From Octopus sinensis (Eukaryota), in assembly GCF_006345805.1 (NCBI RefSeq), contig NC_042998.1, positions 61,814,001-61,878,000 of the forward strand: a stretch of 64,000 bases of DNA, in the 5' to 3' direction. Shown piece after piece: positions 14,985-29,770 of this stretch. The notes beneath the pieces were generated by a model that did not search any database, had not been told where the DNA came from, and saw only the letters and a program-made list of their open reading frames with translations. Position 1 is the stretch's first letter. Every line of letters begins with the position of its first letter. The position numbers and the translations under genes were made by a program.

Positions 14985-15804
14985 CATATACACACAACAT
15001 ATACATATATGTGTTTGTATTTAAATACGCACACACGTGTGTGTGTGTGATCAATAGAATAAGTACTAGGCTTACAAAGAGTAAATCATGGGGTGGATTT
15101 GTTCGACTAAGGGCGGTGCTCCAGCATGGCCACTGTGAAATGACTGAAACAAGTAAAAGAAATCTATATTGGTATGTATGCGTCTGTGAAGGTGCATAGC
15201 TTAGTGGTTAGGGTGTTTGGCTCACAATTGTAAGGTTGTGAGTTCGATTCCCAGTGACACATTGTGTCCTTGAGCAAGACGCTTTATTTCATGTTGCTCC
15301 AGTCCACTCAGCTGGCAAAAATGAGAACTACCTGTATTTCAAAGGGCCAGCCCTGTCACATTCTGTGTCATGCTTATTGTCCTTGAAAACAGCACTAAAG
15401 GTACGCATGTTTACGGAGTACTCAGCCACTTGCACATAAATTCCACAAGCAGGCTGTTCCATTGATCAGACCAACTGAAACCTTATCGTCGTAACCGACA
15501 AAGTTCTACTACAGTTGATGCATCCATCTACGCATGTATAAATACTTAAGTTTGTATACACGTGTATATATATATATGTATGTGTGTGTGTACGTGCGTA
15601 TGTGTGTATGTATGTATGTATGTATGTATGTATGCATGCATGCATGTATGTATGTATGTATATAGTTAAAGGGAGGAGAATTTCGATTATCTCCACTTTG
15701 TAATGCAAAATATATATATATAAAATAAAAGAAGGAAAATGCACACAGTTTATATAGTTTTAATATATTTTTTAATATATTTTATAAGTGTAAGAGTATT
15801 GTGT

Positions 15805-15840
15805 CTGTCGACCGGTTTCACTTTCGCTAATCATGATACT
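15805..15840 (-). ncRNA. Minimal hammerhead-like motif (A3-U8 variant)
   Basis: Minus strand reads TATC-ATGATTA-GC gaaa GT-GAAAC-CGGTC-GACA. Stem I is imperfect. Confidence 0.5.
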
Positions 15841-16100
15841 GAAATTATTGTAATTTCGTATTTTCTGAAGATTTTGGTCCATGTTCTTGTAAGGAAGTTT
15901 GTGAATGAATCACAAACATACATACATACATACATACATACATACATAAATACATGCATGCATACATACATACATATATACATACATGTATGCATACATA
16001 CATACATACACACATACATACATACATACATACATACATACATACATACATACACACACACACATACATACATACATACATACATACATACATACATACA

Positions 16101-16132
<32 letters not shown>

Positions 16133-16354
16133 CACACATGTACATACATACTTTCAGAAACTGTTATGCTATAGTATTGGGACCTCAATATGCGTCTTGA
16201 TTAAAATCTACAGTGTCTCTGTATTAACTATACATCGTTTTAAATCAGGTTCTTTTCAGTTTATTGACCCCTTTCACTAATCGCTTTGCACATGAAATAT
16301 ATTTTCCATATAACTGCAAAACATTTATCCATATATTTACTACATATGTGTTTT

Positions 16355-16411
<57 letters not shown>

Positions 16412-16567
16412 GTATGTATATGTATGTATGTTGTATGTATGTATGTATATATATATATATATATATACAAAATTAGAAAATGGAGAAACATACTTATCTA
16501 GCAGTATATTGGATATATGTTATCCCATGGTGGGTTGAATTTTCAACCCCTATCTCATTTTATAACC

Positions 16568-16625
<58 letters not shown>

Positions 16626-16679
16626 TGTATGTATGTATGTATGTATGTATAAGGATGAAAAGAAACACACGAGTTGATA

Positions 16680-18250
16680 TATATGAAAAAACAAGTCAAG
16701 ATAGAAGAAGAAGAAGAAGAAGAAGAAGAAGAAGAAGAAGAAGAAGAAGAGAAGAAGAAGACGAAGAAGAAGAAGAAGAAGAAGAAGAAGAAGAAGAAGA
16801 AGAAGAAGAAGAAGAAGAAGAAGAAGAAGAAGAAGAAGAAGAAGAAGAAGAAGAAGAAGAAGAAGAAGAAGAATGAATGAATGAAAGTAGTGAGGTGTTA
16901 AATGACTTAAAGTTGGCACGCTGTGGACTACAGCAGTGATTGGGGCTGCTTTTTAATGAATTCTTAGGAATGTAATATTTTCGTGTGTATTTGTGCTATT
17001 CCAAGGCCGAGTAGGGTATGTCGTTTGTCGTAGAGGCGTTCAGAAGGGGCCTGTATTTTGTAATAAAGAGAGCTTACTTAACAATTCGTTGGCTCCAAGT
17101 TGCATCGTCCCTGAATTGGTAGAGGGGAAAAATCCTGAAGCTTGGAGTTTTGTCGTTGGCGCAAATGTCTATGTGTTGGCTGAATGCTATTTTTCTGTTT
17201 TGGGGAATTTTTATCTGGGATCTGTGCAGGGCCATTCTTTGACGTAGACTATTTTTTGTTTGGCCTATGTATTGCTCTTGACATCCAGAGCAGGTTAATG
17301 TGCATATCAGGTTCTCCGAAATACATGTGAAGTTGCTTTTCACTGTGAAACGTTGTCCCTGTTTGAAGAAGAACTCTGATCCCTCAATTAGAAAATCGCA
17401 TATCCCACAATTGGGTCTTCCACATATTTTTACTGTCGGCTTCTGTGTTGTTGAGCGTATTCGGGCTTTTTTTAGGAGACTTTTCATAGATTTGGGCTGT
17501 CTCTTGATTTTTATGATAGTATGTGTTTGGAGGATTAAGTTCATTCTGTGGTCCTTTTTTAGCAGGGGTATGTTTTGGAGGATGGTGTCGAAGGCTTCAT
17601 TGTTAAGAGGGTTGTGTGTGGAGATGTATGGTAAGGCTTTCGGTTGTAAATTTTTCTTTAATTTGGGATGTCTGAGTTCCTGGATATTGAGTTGAAGGGC
17701 ACGTTGAATGCATATGTCAATTAGTGAAGGTGGGTAGTTCCTGGTGATGAGTGTATCTTTTGATTCATGTAGTCGTGTGTCTCTGGCGTTTGCATTAGAA
17801 ACTATAGTACATATCCTTTTTGCTAGATTGAAGGGGATATTCATTCTGGTGTGTCTGGGGTGGCATGAATTGAATGGTAGATATTGCTTGGAATCTGTAG
17901 GCTTATAGTATATATCTGTTTCTATTACGTTATTAAATTTCTTAATGAGGATGTCGAGGAAGGGGAGTTGTTGCTGGCTATATTCCATCGTGAATTGGAT
18001 GTTTACGTCCAGTCCATTTAAAAATGCTCACCGACAAAGAATATGACTATATGACCAATTTCACAAGTAAAACCAGCCAATTCTAAGATATCCCCAAATA
18101 TTCTTTTAAAAATTTTTTTCTTTTAATTTTTCTAAATTTAACTATTTAATTGTTACAGTTGAAAAAGTCTCAATGACTGAAACCGGTACTGAAATGTTCT
18201 TTATAAAATTATTTTAGCATTTTCTATCTTGACTTGTTTTCTTCATATAT
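16680..18250 (-). mobile_element. 5'-truncated Penelope-like element (RT C-terminus + GIY-YIG endonuclease) with inverted termini
   Basis: ORF 17988-17074 contains LPFLDILI, YYKPTDSKQYL..SCHP, CxxxxCxxC and LTCSGCQEQYIGQT. The frame continues past a premature stop into ALFITKYRPLLN. TTCTATCTTGACTTGTTTT at ~18221 is inverted at ~16687-16705. Confidence 0.9.
18156..18191 (+). ncRNA. Minimal hammerhead (U3-A8 variant) in a Penelope terminal repeat
   Basis: CAG-TTGAAAA-AGTC tcaat GACT-GAAAC-CGGTA-CTG, with palindromic ACCGGT stem III. It sits directly beside a Penelope RT/GIY-YIG ORF. Confidence 0.7.
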
Positions 18251-18251
18251 A

Positions 18252-18287
<36 letters not shown>

Positions 18288-18383
18288 TGTATGTATGTAT
18301 GTATGTATGTATGTATATGTGTGTGTGTCTGTGTATGTGTATGTATGTATTTGTGCATATGTATGTGTGTATGTATACACTAC

Positions 18384-18459
<76 letters not shown>

Positions 18460-19349
18460 TTATTCATGGAGTGTATATGACTTTCTGCTCAAGTGTAAAT
18501 TGAAATGAGGAATCTCTGAGACTAGTTGCAAATATAGGCACTGACTTGAGGTAGATACCTTTGGAAGAAAAGAATCTCCTGCTATTAACAGCTTCGTTTT
18601 TGATTCCATTCTATACAGAAACCAAAGAATAAAGGAATTGTAGATTCATTAGCGTTATATTGTAATGATCACACAATAAAATGAAGGCACCAATGATATA
18701 GTTCAGTAATATAAGCAACAACAACCACACCAACAACAGCAACGACAAAAACAAAGACGGCTCTAACAGCAGAAATGACAACGTGGGGGAAATTGGAGAA
18801 AAGATAAAGTAGAGGTACAAAGTGTAGTAAAGAAAAAAAATTAAGGGGGTATAAAAGGAGAAATAAACTAGAAAGTGAAAGAAAGAAAGAAAGAAAGAAA
18901 GAAAGGAAAGTATCAATGTAAAATGAACCGAAAGAAACCGGCGTGGGGTGCATAACGAAAAGAAAAGAATGATAAAAACGAGTGTAAAAGAAAGTAACTG
19001 GTGGGTAATGGAACTAAAGTGAAGTTAAACATATTGTCTGTTAATGACAGTTATTTGATTACAGCCTTACTTTCTATTTGGTTTACATCGGCATCCATGG
19101 TAAACGATGAATTTCAACAATTTCCACCATTTTGTATTGTGTTCATGGAATGACATCCATCTACCGCCATTGTGGTCATAAAAGAAATTATCATTATCGA
19201 CTTTGCATTTCATCATCTCGGGAAACGATAAATTAAGTACCAGTTGAGCACTGGGGCCAATGTAATCGACTTTTCCCCTCCCATGAAAAACTACTGGCCC
19301 TGTGCCAAAATTTGAAAGCGTTGTTGTTGTTGTTGTTGTTGCTGTTGTT

Positions 19350-19636
19350 GCCTTTGCACAATTTCTTTCGCTGGGGATGTACTACGGTGCCAGCTGTTCA
19401 CTACCACTAAACTAAGGTAACACCCCTTTGAAATAGGGTATGAACTAAGCTAACACCCCTCTGAAAGAGGGTATAAAAGGCGAAATACACCATCCAGAGT
19501 ATTCGAGTGGTTCCAAGCAGTGCTGTTTTCTGCAAGTGCTCCACCCTTATTGCAGCCCCTATTTGTTCCATGTACTTCTCAAGATTTTTACTCACTGTTC
19601 CCAGGGTTCCGACAACTATTGGCACTACTGCCACCT
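19350..19636 (-). mobile_element. R4/Dong-like 3' fragment
   Basis: VVPIVVGTLGTVSKNLEKYMEQIG...LQKTALLGT. Same family as 20390-20610. Confidence 0.85.
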
Positions 19637-19841
19637 TTTCGCGAAAGGACGAAAGGCAAAGTCGATCTCGGCACAATTTGAACTCAGAACATAAAGACAG
19701 ACGGTCATAATATGCACACATTTCTCATGGCACCAGTACACTGTTTACAGATGCTTACATTTTTTGTTTTCCGTGAATTTTTCACGGGTCTAGCTACTTA
19801 TTAATATTATTGTTGTTGTTGTTGTTGTTGTTATAATTATT

Positions 19842-19875
<34 letters not shown>

Positions 19876-19876
<1 letters not shown>

Positions 19877-20130
19877 GTTTTTTCCTTCTTTCTTCAAATT
19901 TTCTTCCGTTTCTCGCCGAGTGTTTTCCATACACCTAGGGCAGAGAAGGGCATTGTATGCATTCCCAGATTACACGCGCAAATTCACAGATAAAATATGT
20001 ATTTAAAAATTAATAAATAAATAAATTCATGGATGGATGTTATTTTCACAACGATAGTGCTCTTCTCAGTACATGAGCCGTTCCAGTTAATACGATTTTT
20101 TGCACTTCCTGTAGGGATGGTAAGCCTGGA
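19876..20130 (-). mobile_element. R4/Dong-like 3' fragment (second family)
   Basis: LQEVQKIVLTGTAHVLRRALSL* plus 3' UTR, lying between (TAA)n tracts. Confidence 0.75.
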
Positions 20131-20133
20131 ATC

Positions 20134-20165
<32 letters not shown>

Positions 20166-20280
20166 GTTGTTGTTGTTGTTGTTGTTGTTGTTATCATTAT
20201 CATTCTCATCATCATCTACTCGCAAGAAGTTATTATTATTATCATTATTGTTATTATTATTATTATCATTATTATTATCA

Positions 20281-22440
<2,160 letters not shown>

Positions 22441-23664
22441 GGCTAGCAGATCTGTATTCGTCTGTTTTTTTTTTTTGATAGATTTATCTCCGAACGTAGT
22501 TTTTTGTGGTGTTTTTTAAACTTATGAATGGTTCACTCTGTCTGTGTTAGTTCGAAAAAAGGAAAATGAAATAAGAAAAATGTTTTGATTTTGTGTTTGT
22601 TTCGTTTATGGCACGTGCTTTCATGTGCATGAGTGTGTGTCCTGTAAATTTCACGTAGTTGTGTAAATATCGGAATGTATGTGTAGTCCTATGGGTATCA
22701 AAGTGTATATATGATTGTGTAGACATTCGAGTGTATGCGTAATTACTCAATTTATGTACTTACTACTTTGTTTCGTTTCTATTTTATAATTTGTAAACTT
22801 TCCGGTGTTGATATCGCGTGTGTTTCGCACATGTTTCATTGAGACACCGTGCGTAGGAGAAACTGTCGTTAAAAGGCCGCTTCCTTCAAGTCTTCCACAG
22901 GTTCCTTTATCTAATTCCATCGATGGATTAGATTTGTTTTTGAATGGGGAGCCCGGTTTAGTACATCCATGTTGTTATTCAGTGCCATCATCATCATTAT
23001 CATCATAATTATTATTATTATCATTATTGTTATTGCTATTGTTACTACTGCTGTTGATGTTTTTGTTGTTGATACTGATGTTCTGCATTTTCGTCTTGTT
23101 CTTGTTGTATTTGCGTTTTGTATTATACGGAAATTTCTTAAGACAACTCCGAGAAAACTGAATTATTGCCAAGTTTTACCGTTTCACGCATACATACATA
23201 AATACATACATACAAGCATACATGTGTGTGTGTGTGCGTTTAATATTTAATATTTTACAAGCAAGGAGCTTCAAAATATTCGGCCCTCTATTCCAATACA
23301 TGGGTTAGACAAAATGCTGCAGAAGTGTCCGATACGAGACAACGGTGGCGGCAGCGAGTACTAATGTACGCTCTCGGCCCATCGCCATCGTTTTGCACAT
23401 GGTGTGCACGGCGATAATTACAACATATAGTTGAGTGGAATCTGCACAAATATGTAAGCATTGATGAACACCGAATATCACAGGGCTATCTCAGAGATAT
23501 AATCTTCGGTGGAGTTCTTGGAGTGTCCAAGTTCCACGGTCGTTTACATTTCATCTATGCCTTTGTCTATGTTACTGCTCATTTTGCTAAATCGGGATTT
23601 TTATGCATTATATTCTAAATATATGTTGCAGCTGTATTTGTATTTTCTATATTATTATTATTAT

Positions 23665-24082
23665 ACGTTTGACTTTTGCTTTATATTTGTACAAGTTCGC
23701 TCCAAGTCTCACCCAGAGAGCTCAAGGGACAAGTTAGAAGTTCATGTAGGTGTTATGCCTAGGGTGTCATATATTTGGTTTTGCACATAATATTGTTCTA
23801 GAGAATGTTAAGGAAACAAGATAATTATGAGTTTGTTTTGAAATTTGAGATTACATAGACAGTATTTACGTAGGATATGGACAGTTCCCATGAGCACTTT
23901 ATTTTGAATTTCTGTAATTTTGGGTTTCCTGATATCTGAGCTAGGTAGGAATCAGCTCCTTTTGCTATCATTCCTAGAGCACCTATAACAATAGGTATTG
24001 TTTTAGTCTTGAGGTTCCACATTTTGCCTATTTCTATTTCAAGGTTTTTATACTTGCTCATCTACATCTTTATACTTGCTCA
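23665..24082 (-). mobile_element. R4/Dong-like 3' fragment
   Basis: SKYKNLEIEIGKMWNLKTKTIPIVIGALG. Confidence 0.85.
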
Positions 24083-24091
24083 TTATTATTA

Positions 24092-24468
24092 TTCCTTTGT
24101 AACACTGTGTAGGTAAAAATGCCCCGGAGTCTTTAGTCATCTGTCAAGTCACAACAAGGACCTCAGACAGATAATACTCCCCTTAAGATGTGCGCTGTGC
24201 CCAATACGGCTGCTTTTTGCGAGATATCAATCTTGCATCGGATTTCCAGTTGCCTTAAGAAGTTTTGAACTGTCAACAGGATTGAGCTCAACACGCCAAT
24301 CACCACTGGTATCACTTTTACATTACCCTTTCACATTTCATACAGTCTTACCATTTCCACTTTCAATTCGGAGTACTTGGGTTTTTTTCCAACCTCTTTA
24401 CTCACAACATTCGTGTCCTTTGGTATGGTTACATCAATGATCTGACGATATTTGTCTCACTTATTCAA

Positions 24469-24470
<2 letters not shown>
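24092..24470 (-). mobile_element. R4/Dong-like 3' fragment
   Basis: IIDVTIPKD, VIPVVIGVL and QKAAVLGTAHILR, with stops and frameshifts. Confidence 0.78.
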
Positions 24471-24532
<62 letters not shown>

Positions 24533-24534
24533 GC

Positions 24535-24567
<33 letters not shown>

Positions 24568-24587
24568 TATTATTATTATTATCACTA

Positions 24588-25020
24588 TTCAGTAGTTTTG
24601 ATTTTATAGCGTGCTTTCACTTCACTACTGAGCGCAGCTATGTGTGCCTTGGATATGTGCTGTGGTTTGCTGTGATGCTCTGATGGTTAATGTATTGAAA
24701 GTGTTTTGCGTAGGATGTGTGCAGTGCCCAGTAGTGCAATTTTCTGTATGTTATATATATTTGTAAGTCCTGGTATTTTTTTCATGTATTTGTCTAAATA
24801 TTTTTTATCATACCTAATACGCCTACTATGATAGGAAGTATTTCTGTTTTTAGATTCCACATTCGAGTTACCTTTGTTTCCAGGTCTTTATATTTTGAAA
24901 GATTGTCCATTTCTTTTAGATACACGTTGTCATCTGCTGGTATTGATACATCAATTAGAAAGCATTTTTTCATGATCTCTGACAACTATATCTGGCCTAT
25001 TGGCGTTGATTTCTCTATTT
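24588..25020 (-). mobile_element. R4/Dong-like 3' fragment
   Basis: CFLIDVSIPADDNV..KE...LSKYKDLE...MWNLKTEILPIIVGVLG. Confidence 0.85.
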
Positions 25021-25025
25021 GTGTG

Positions 25026-25086
<61 letters not shown>

Positions 25087-26009
25087 CATCATCATTATTA
25101 TTATTATGACGATGATGATGATTATCATTTCTATTGTTATAACTATCGTTGCTGTTGTTGTCGTTTCTATTTGCAGAATTTTGATTTGATTTGAAGCCCA
25201 ACAAAACCTCTACACAACTGCTCCAAATCCATATTACGATTCCCTTAACGAAGAAGGAAAAACAGCAACAGACCCAAACTTTTCCAAGTTGTTGTTACTG
25301 CTGTTTGTGCGGCCGCTGCTGCTGCTGCTGCTGCTGTTGTTGTTGTTCCGTTTGTTTGCTATAGCTTTGGGCGTGATTTTCGAGTTTTGCTTTGAAAAGT
25401 TTTCCAGTCAAAAGATGATAATGGCTTTGTTAGAAAACCGCAATGTTCTGACAACAACATAACACAGTTTACGAGAAACATTCTCTGGGAAAGACCGTTG
25501 CTGTTGTTGTTGTTGTTGTTGTTTGTTGTTGTTGTTGTTCCTGCTGCTGCTGTTGTTGTTGCTGTTGTTATTATTGTTGCTACTGCTGCTGCTGCTGTTG
25601 TTGTTGTTGTTGCTGTTGTTGTTGTTGCTGCTGCTAATACTACACCTACCATTGCTGCTGCTACTGCTGCTGCTACTACTACTACTTATGCTTCCACTAC
25701 TAACAATACAATTATTACAAATATTGGTGTTAAAGTTAATGATAATGCTGCAGTGAAGGTCGTAGAGCAAGAAGCAAGTTCCTCTCCCACTTGTTGTTGT
25801 TTGGCTCTAGGTCATCATTGATCGAGCAGAAACTGTAATCAAAGGCATTCCAGTTATGACCTTCTTGATTTTTTAAGGTTGTGTTGGACTATATTAACTA
25901 GCGTGTTCCTTCTTTATTTAAGTAACGTAGAGTGTGCTTTGGCTGTTATTTTTAGTTGGTTGAGTAACCATGTAGAGGTTCCTTGTTAGCTTTTAAGTGT
26001 TTGCTGGAT

Positions 26010-26290
26010 GCACCTTTTTTCTGCACCAACAAAGACCTCTTAACCACCCACACCATAGATCTAATTACCAAACCATCAAATATTCCTTCACCATATCGGG
26101 AAAGAGGCCTTCATCACACCAGGAGAGAGCCCTTCATCACTCTATCAAAAATTACCCTCACCACGTCACGAAAAACATATCTCACCACACCAACAAAATC
26201 CCTTCTCCAGGTGACAAACGAGGCTTTTATAACACCACCAAAAAGCCCTTCACTATATCATCAAAAATCGCCCTCACTACACTAAAAGCC
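26010..26290. repeat. Degenerate ~21-23-bp tandem array
   Basis: Recurrent CCCTTCA(T/C)CACACCACCAAAA-like units. Confidence 0.65.
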
Positions 26291-26880
26291 AGCCTACCTT
26301 TTCTCTGCAATAAATGTATTACTAAAAGAAACTATAAAAATAATAGCTATACAAGACATAAATGATTATTTTCCAGTCATAATGTAGCAGAAACAATATT
26401 TTATTTTTATCTTATAATTATTTATTTGGTTTTGTCCCATTATATCGTAGTTGTTATTGTTATTGTTGATGAAGTGTCTCTCACCGAAACGTTAAAATTC
26501 TATTTTATTCTTACGATTTTTGAAGTTATCTAAATTTGTGACATTCACACCTCTTTTCTTTCTTTCCTATTCGTTGTGCAGCCTCACTGACATAGCCTTT
26601 TCAAATACATATACTGACAATCATCGAGCTTGTGCTTGTGGTTCTTTTATAGTGTTCTAGGTCTTTTTGTTCTTGCGGGTTTTCTGGATTGTTCTTGTTA
26701 TTCTTGAGGTTCATGTGATTCTACTTTATTTACTTTTTTGTATTTATTCTTGATTTTCTTTTGTTTGTTTTTTTTTTATTTATATGTCCCGGCGCCACGC
26801 TCGCTGCACGTTTGTGGAACAAACAAACAAATATAAACTACCAAACTCGCATCATCATCATCAGCAGCAGCAACAATAAT

Positions 26881-26923
<43 letters not shown>

Positions 26924-27167
26924 CTAACATTATAACTACCACCAACATCGCCATTATTTTCTTCACTCAGTCAACATTATCACCAGCATCAACATTATCA
27001 ACTTCATCCTCGACATCGTCATCTCATCATTATCATCACCGACACCATCATCATCACCATCATCGATATCACCATTATCGTCATCATTACAATCACCAAC
27101 ATCATCAGCCACCAGATGAAATCGAACGAAATCAAATGAAATCCGATCGTCAAAGCCAGCCAGAGCC

Positions 27168-27649
27168 ATGACGTCACTGTATTCCGTCGACGACAATCAC
27201 CCGTCCACGTTAATTATGTCATTATGTCAAAACAAGTCTTTACTGACGATGATGGACTACGGCGAAACGAGCAACAGCACAAACAGCAACCACAACAGCA
27301 ACAACAGCAACTGCATGAACAACAACCACACCAGCATCAACAACAGCAACAGCGACAACAACACCAGCGCTAACAGCAGCAACAACAACAACAGCAACAA
27401 CAGTAGCAACAACAGACTTGAAATGATTATTGTGCCGAGCATCTACGCCGTCGCCATTGTCGGCGGATGTATTGCTAATGGCGCTTTAATTACTCTTCTT
27501 TGTAAAAATCGCAGACAGAAATACAACAGCACAGGAATCCTGGTGCTCAATCTAGCCATTGCCGATTTGCTATTTCTTCTATTCTGGGTACCATTCCATA
27601 CGATTATCTACACTATGTCCATATGGCCGTTCGGAGATTTCATGTGCAG
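27168..27649 (+). CDS. Class A GPCR, galanin/allatostatin-A receptor-like, coding exon 1 (N-terminus, TM1, TM2, ECL1)
   Basis: Reads ...GGCIANGALITLL...NSTGILVLNLAIADLLFLLFWVPFHTIIYTMSIWPFGDFMC, with the LAxAD and WPFG-x3-C motifs. Donor AG|GTTAGT at 27649/27650, phase 2. The start ATG is uncertain because downstream in-frame ATGs exist. Confidence 0.92.
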
Positions 27650-28317
27650 GTTAGTGGCAACAGATATATTTTTGTTGTTGTTGTTCTTCTTCTTGTTATT
27701 ATTATCGTCGTCGTCATCAGCATCATCATCATTGTCATAATTACTATTGATGTTGGTAAGACGGCGAACTGGCAGAACCGTTCACATATCGGACGTAATG
27801 CTTAGCGGCATTTCGTCCGTCTTTTTGCTCTGAGTCCAAATCGCGCCGAGGTCGACTTTGCCTTTCATCATTAAAATAAGTACCAACTTCAGATAAAATA
27901 AGTACCAGCTGAACACTAGGGTCGATTTAATCGATTAGCCCCTCCCCCACAAAAAATTCAAGGCCTTGTTCCTATCGTAGAAAGGATTATTATTATTAAT
28001 ATTGAGTTAGCGAACTGGCAGACTTGTTAGAGCGTCAGACAAACTGCTTCGCGGCATTTCTTCGGACTCTACCTTCTTACATAGCTAGGTATATACCCTT
28101 CCGTCTTCTCTACCTCCCTCCCTCTCTCCCTACCTACCTACTTACCTACCGACCAGCATACTTATCTTCCTGTTCACCTATATTCCTCCCCCCTCCCTAC
28201 ATAACTACTCATCTCTACTGAGCTTCTGTCCGTCTTTGTTAAGCATGCTTCTGCATATGTATTTGCAGGTTTAAGCCAGATTTTTTCTGTAAAGACAGTC
28301 AGTTATTAAATCTCTAA

Positions 28318-28358
<41 letters not shown>

Positions 28359-29554
28359 CGCCGCTAACTCGAGTCACTACAGCTTGGCAACGGTGTCATC
28401 GCAGACATTGCTTTCGGAACACAATGAGCCAAGACAAACACCACAAAAACCATAAAGCATCTAACAGTTCCATCAATACGCCGATCTGGATTGGTATCAT
28501 TTTTATCGGTCTTGAAAAGATGAAAGGCAAAACTGACTTCGGTGAGATATAAATTCTATATAAAGGTACAAGGCCTCCATCATTCAAGATTAACCATGAA
28601 CCTGTAGATGTTTGTACTGGCCTGAGGAAGACTGGGTCTTATTTATGTATCCATGTTTCCTCTTTCAATTCCACTGATGCTTCACCAAGAGAAAGGCTAA
28701 CGATGGTAATAGCGGACGGGGAAGCACAATCAGGTTCCCGTGTCTAGGGTTCCTTGAGACATGTAATTTATTTTAAGGGTTACGCAAGGGTAAAAAGATT
28801 GAGAAACACTGCTCTAAGGTGTCCACCAGCTCTACTACCTACTAACCTTCCTTACCCACCTACTCACCCTACCAATTTACCTACATACCCATTACCTACT
28901 TAACTACCTACCTATTTGCTCACCTACCCATCTACCAATTTACTAAACTACCTCCCTACCTAACTATCATCCTACATTCCTTTTTACCTACCCATCCATT
29001 CATCCAGCCATCAAACCTTCTTACCAACATACCCACCCGCTGAACTATATTCTCACCTACTTACCAACATAAACTATCGTATTCTAAAATTTTGCCATAA
29101 AGTCCTATCCATTCAATTACCAACCTACCCGTTTACCCAACAATCTAGCCACTCGCCCACAAGCACACCTTTCTGTTCTCTTCTATACAGAAATACACAC
29201 GTACTTGCGCATGCACCCCCACACCCACACACAAACACGCATGCATAATATGTATTACATATTTACGAATGCACGTTCGTACGTATGTCATTATTTAGTT
29301 TATTTCAAGATTTCTTGCCAATAGAGAAAGAACTGGTTTATAACCTAGATCCAAGGCTCTTTCATTGAAATTTCAACATCAACAACAGGGAACCTTTGCA
29401 TGTATGTATGTATGTATGTATGTATGTATGTATGTATGTATGTATGTATGTATGGATGGATGTATGTATGTATGTATGTTTATGTACAGATTTGTATGTT
29501 TTATGTATGTATTCTCATGCATATATGCATATCTTGATATGCTCACATATATTT

Positions 29555-29770
29555 GAATGATAAACTTTTGTAAAGTTTCACAGATTTTTACAGTTCCAGT
29601 GATGGATTGGATCTGTAGTCTTCGAATTAGCTTTCTCCTTTCTAGTTTTGAGAAGCCTAATTTCTCAAGAATGGTATTTAGGCAGTGTGTTTACATATCC
29701 CAGGGCCCCAATAATTACAGGTATAAACCTGAACTTGTAATCTGGATAGAGTAACTGCAAATTTCTTAAT
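29555..29770 (-). mobile_element. REL-type (R4-like) 3' fragment in (TACA)n
   Basis: FIPVIIGALGY...LEKLGFSKLERRKLIRRLQIQSITGTVKIC. Related relics lie at ~12250-12360 (+) and ~30450-30920 (+). Confidence 0.7.

Noticed and set aside
27650-27740. Hydrophobic ORF continuation resembling TM3
   Set aside because: Read-through into the intron after the GT donor. The real TM3 is in exon 2.
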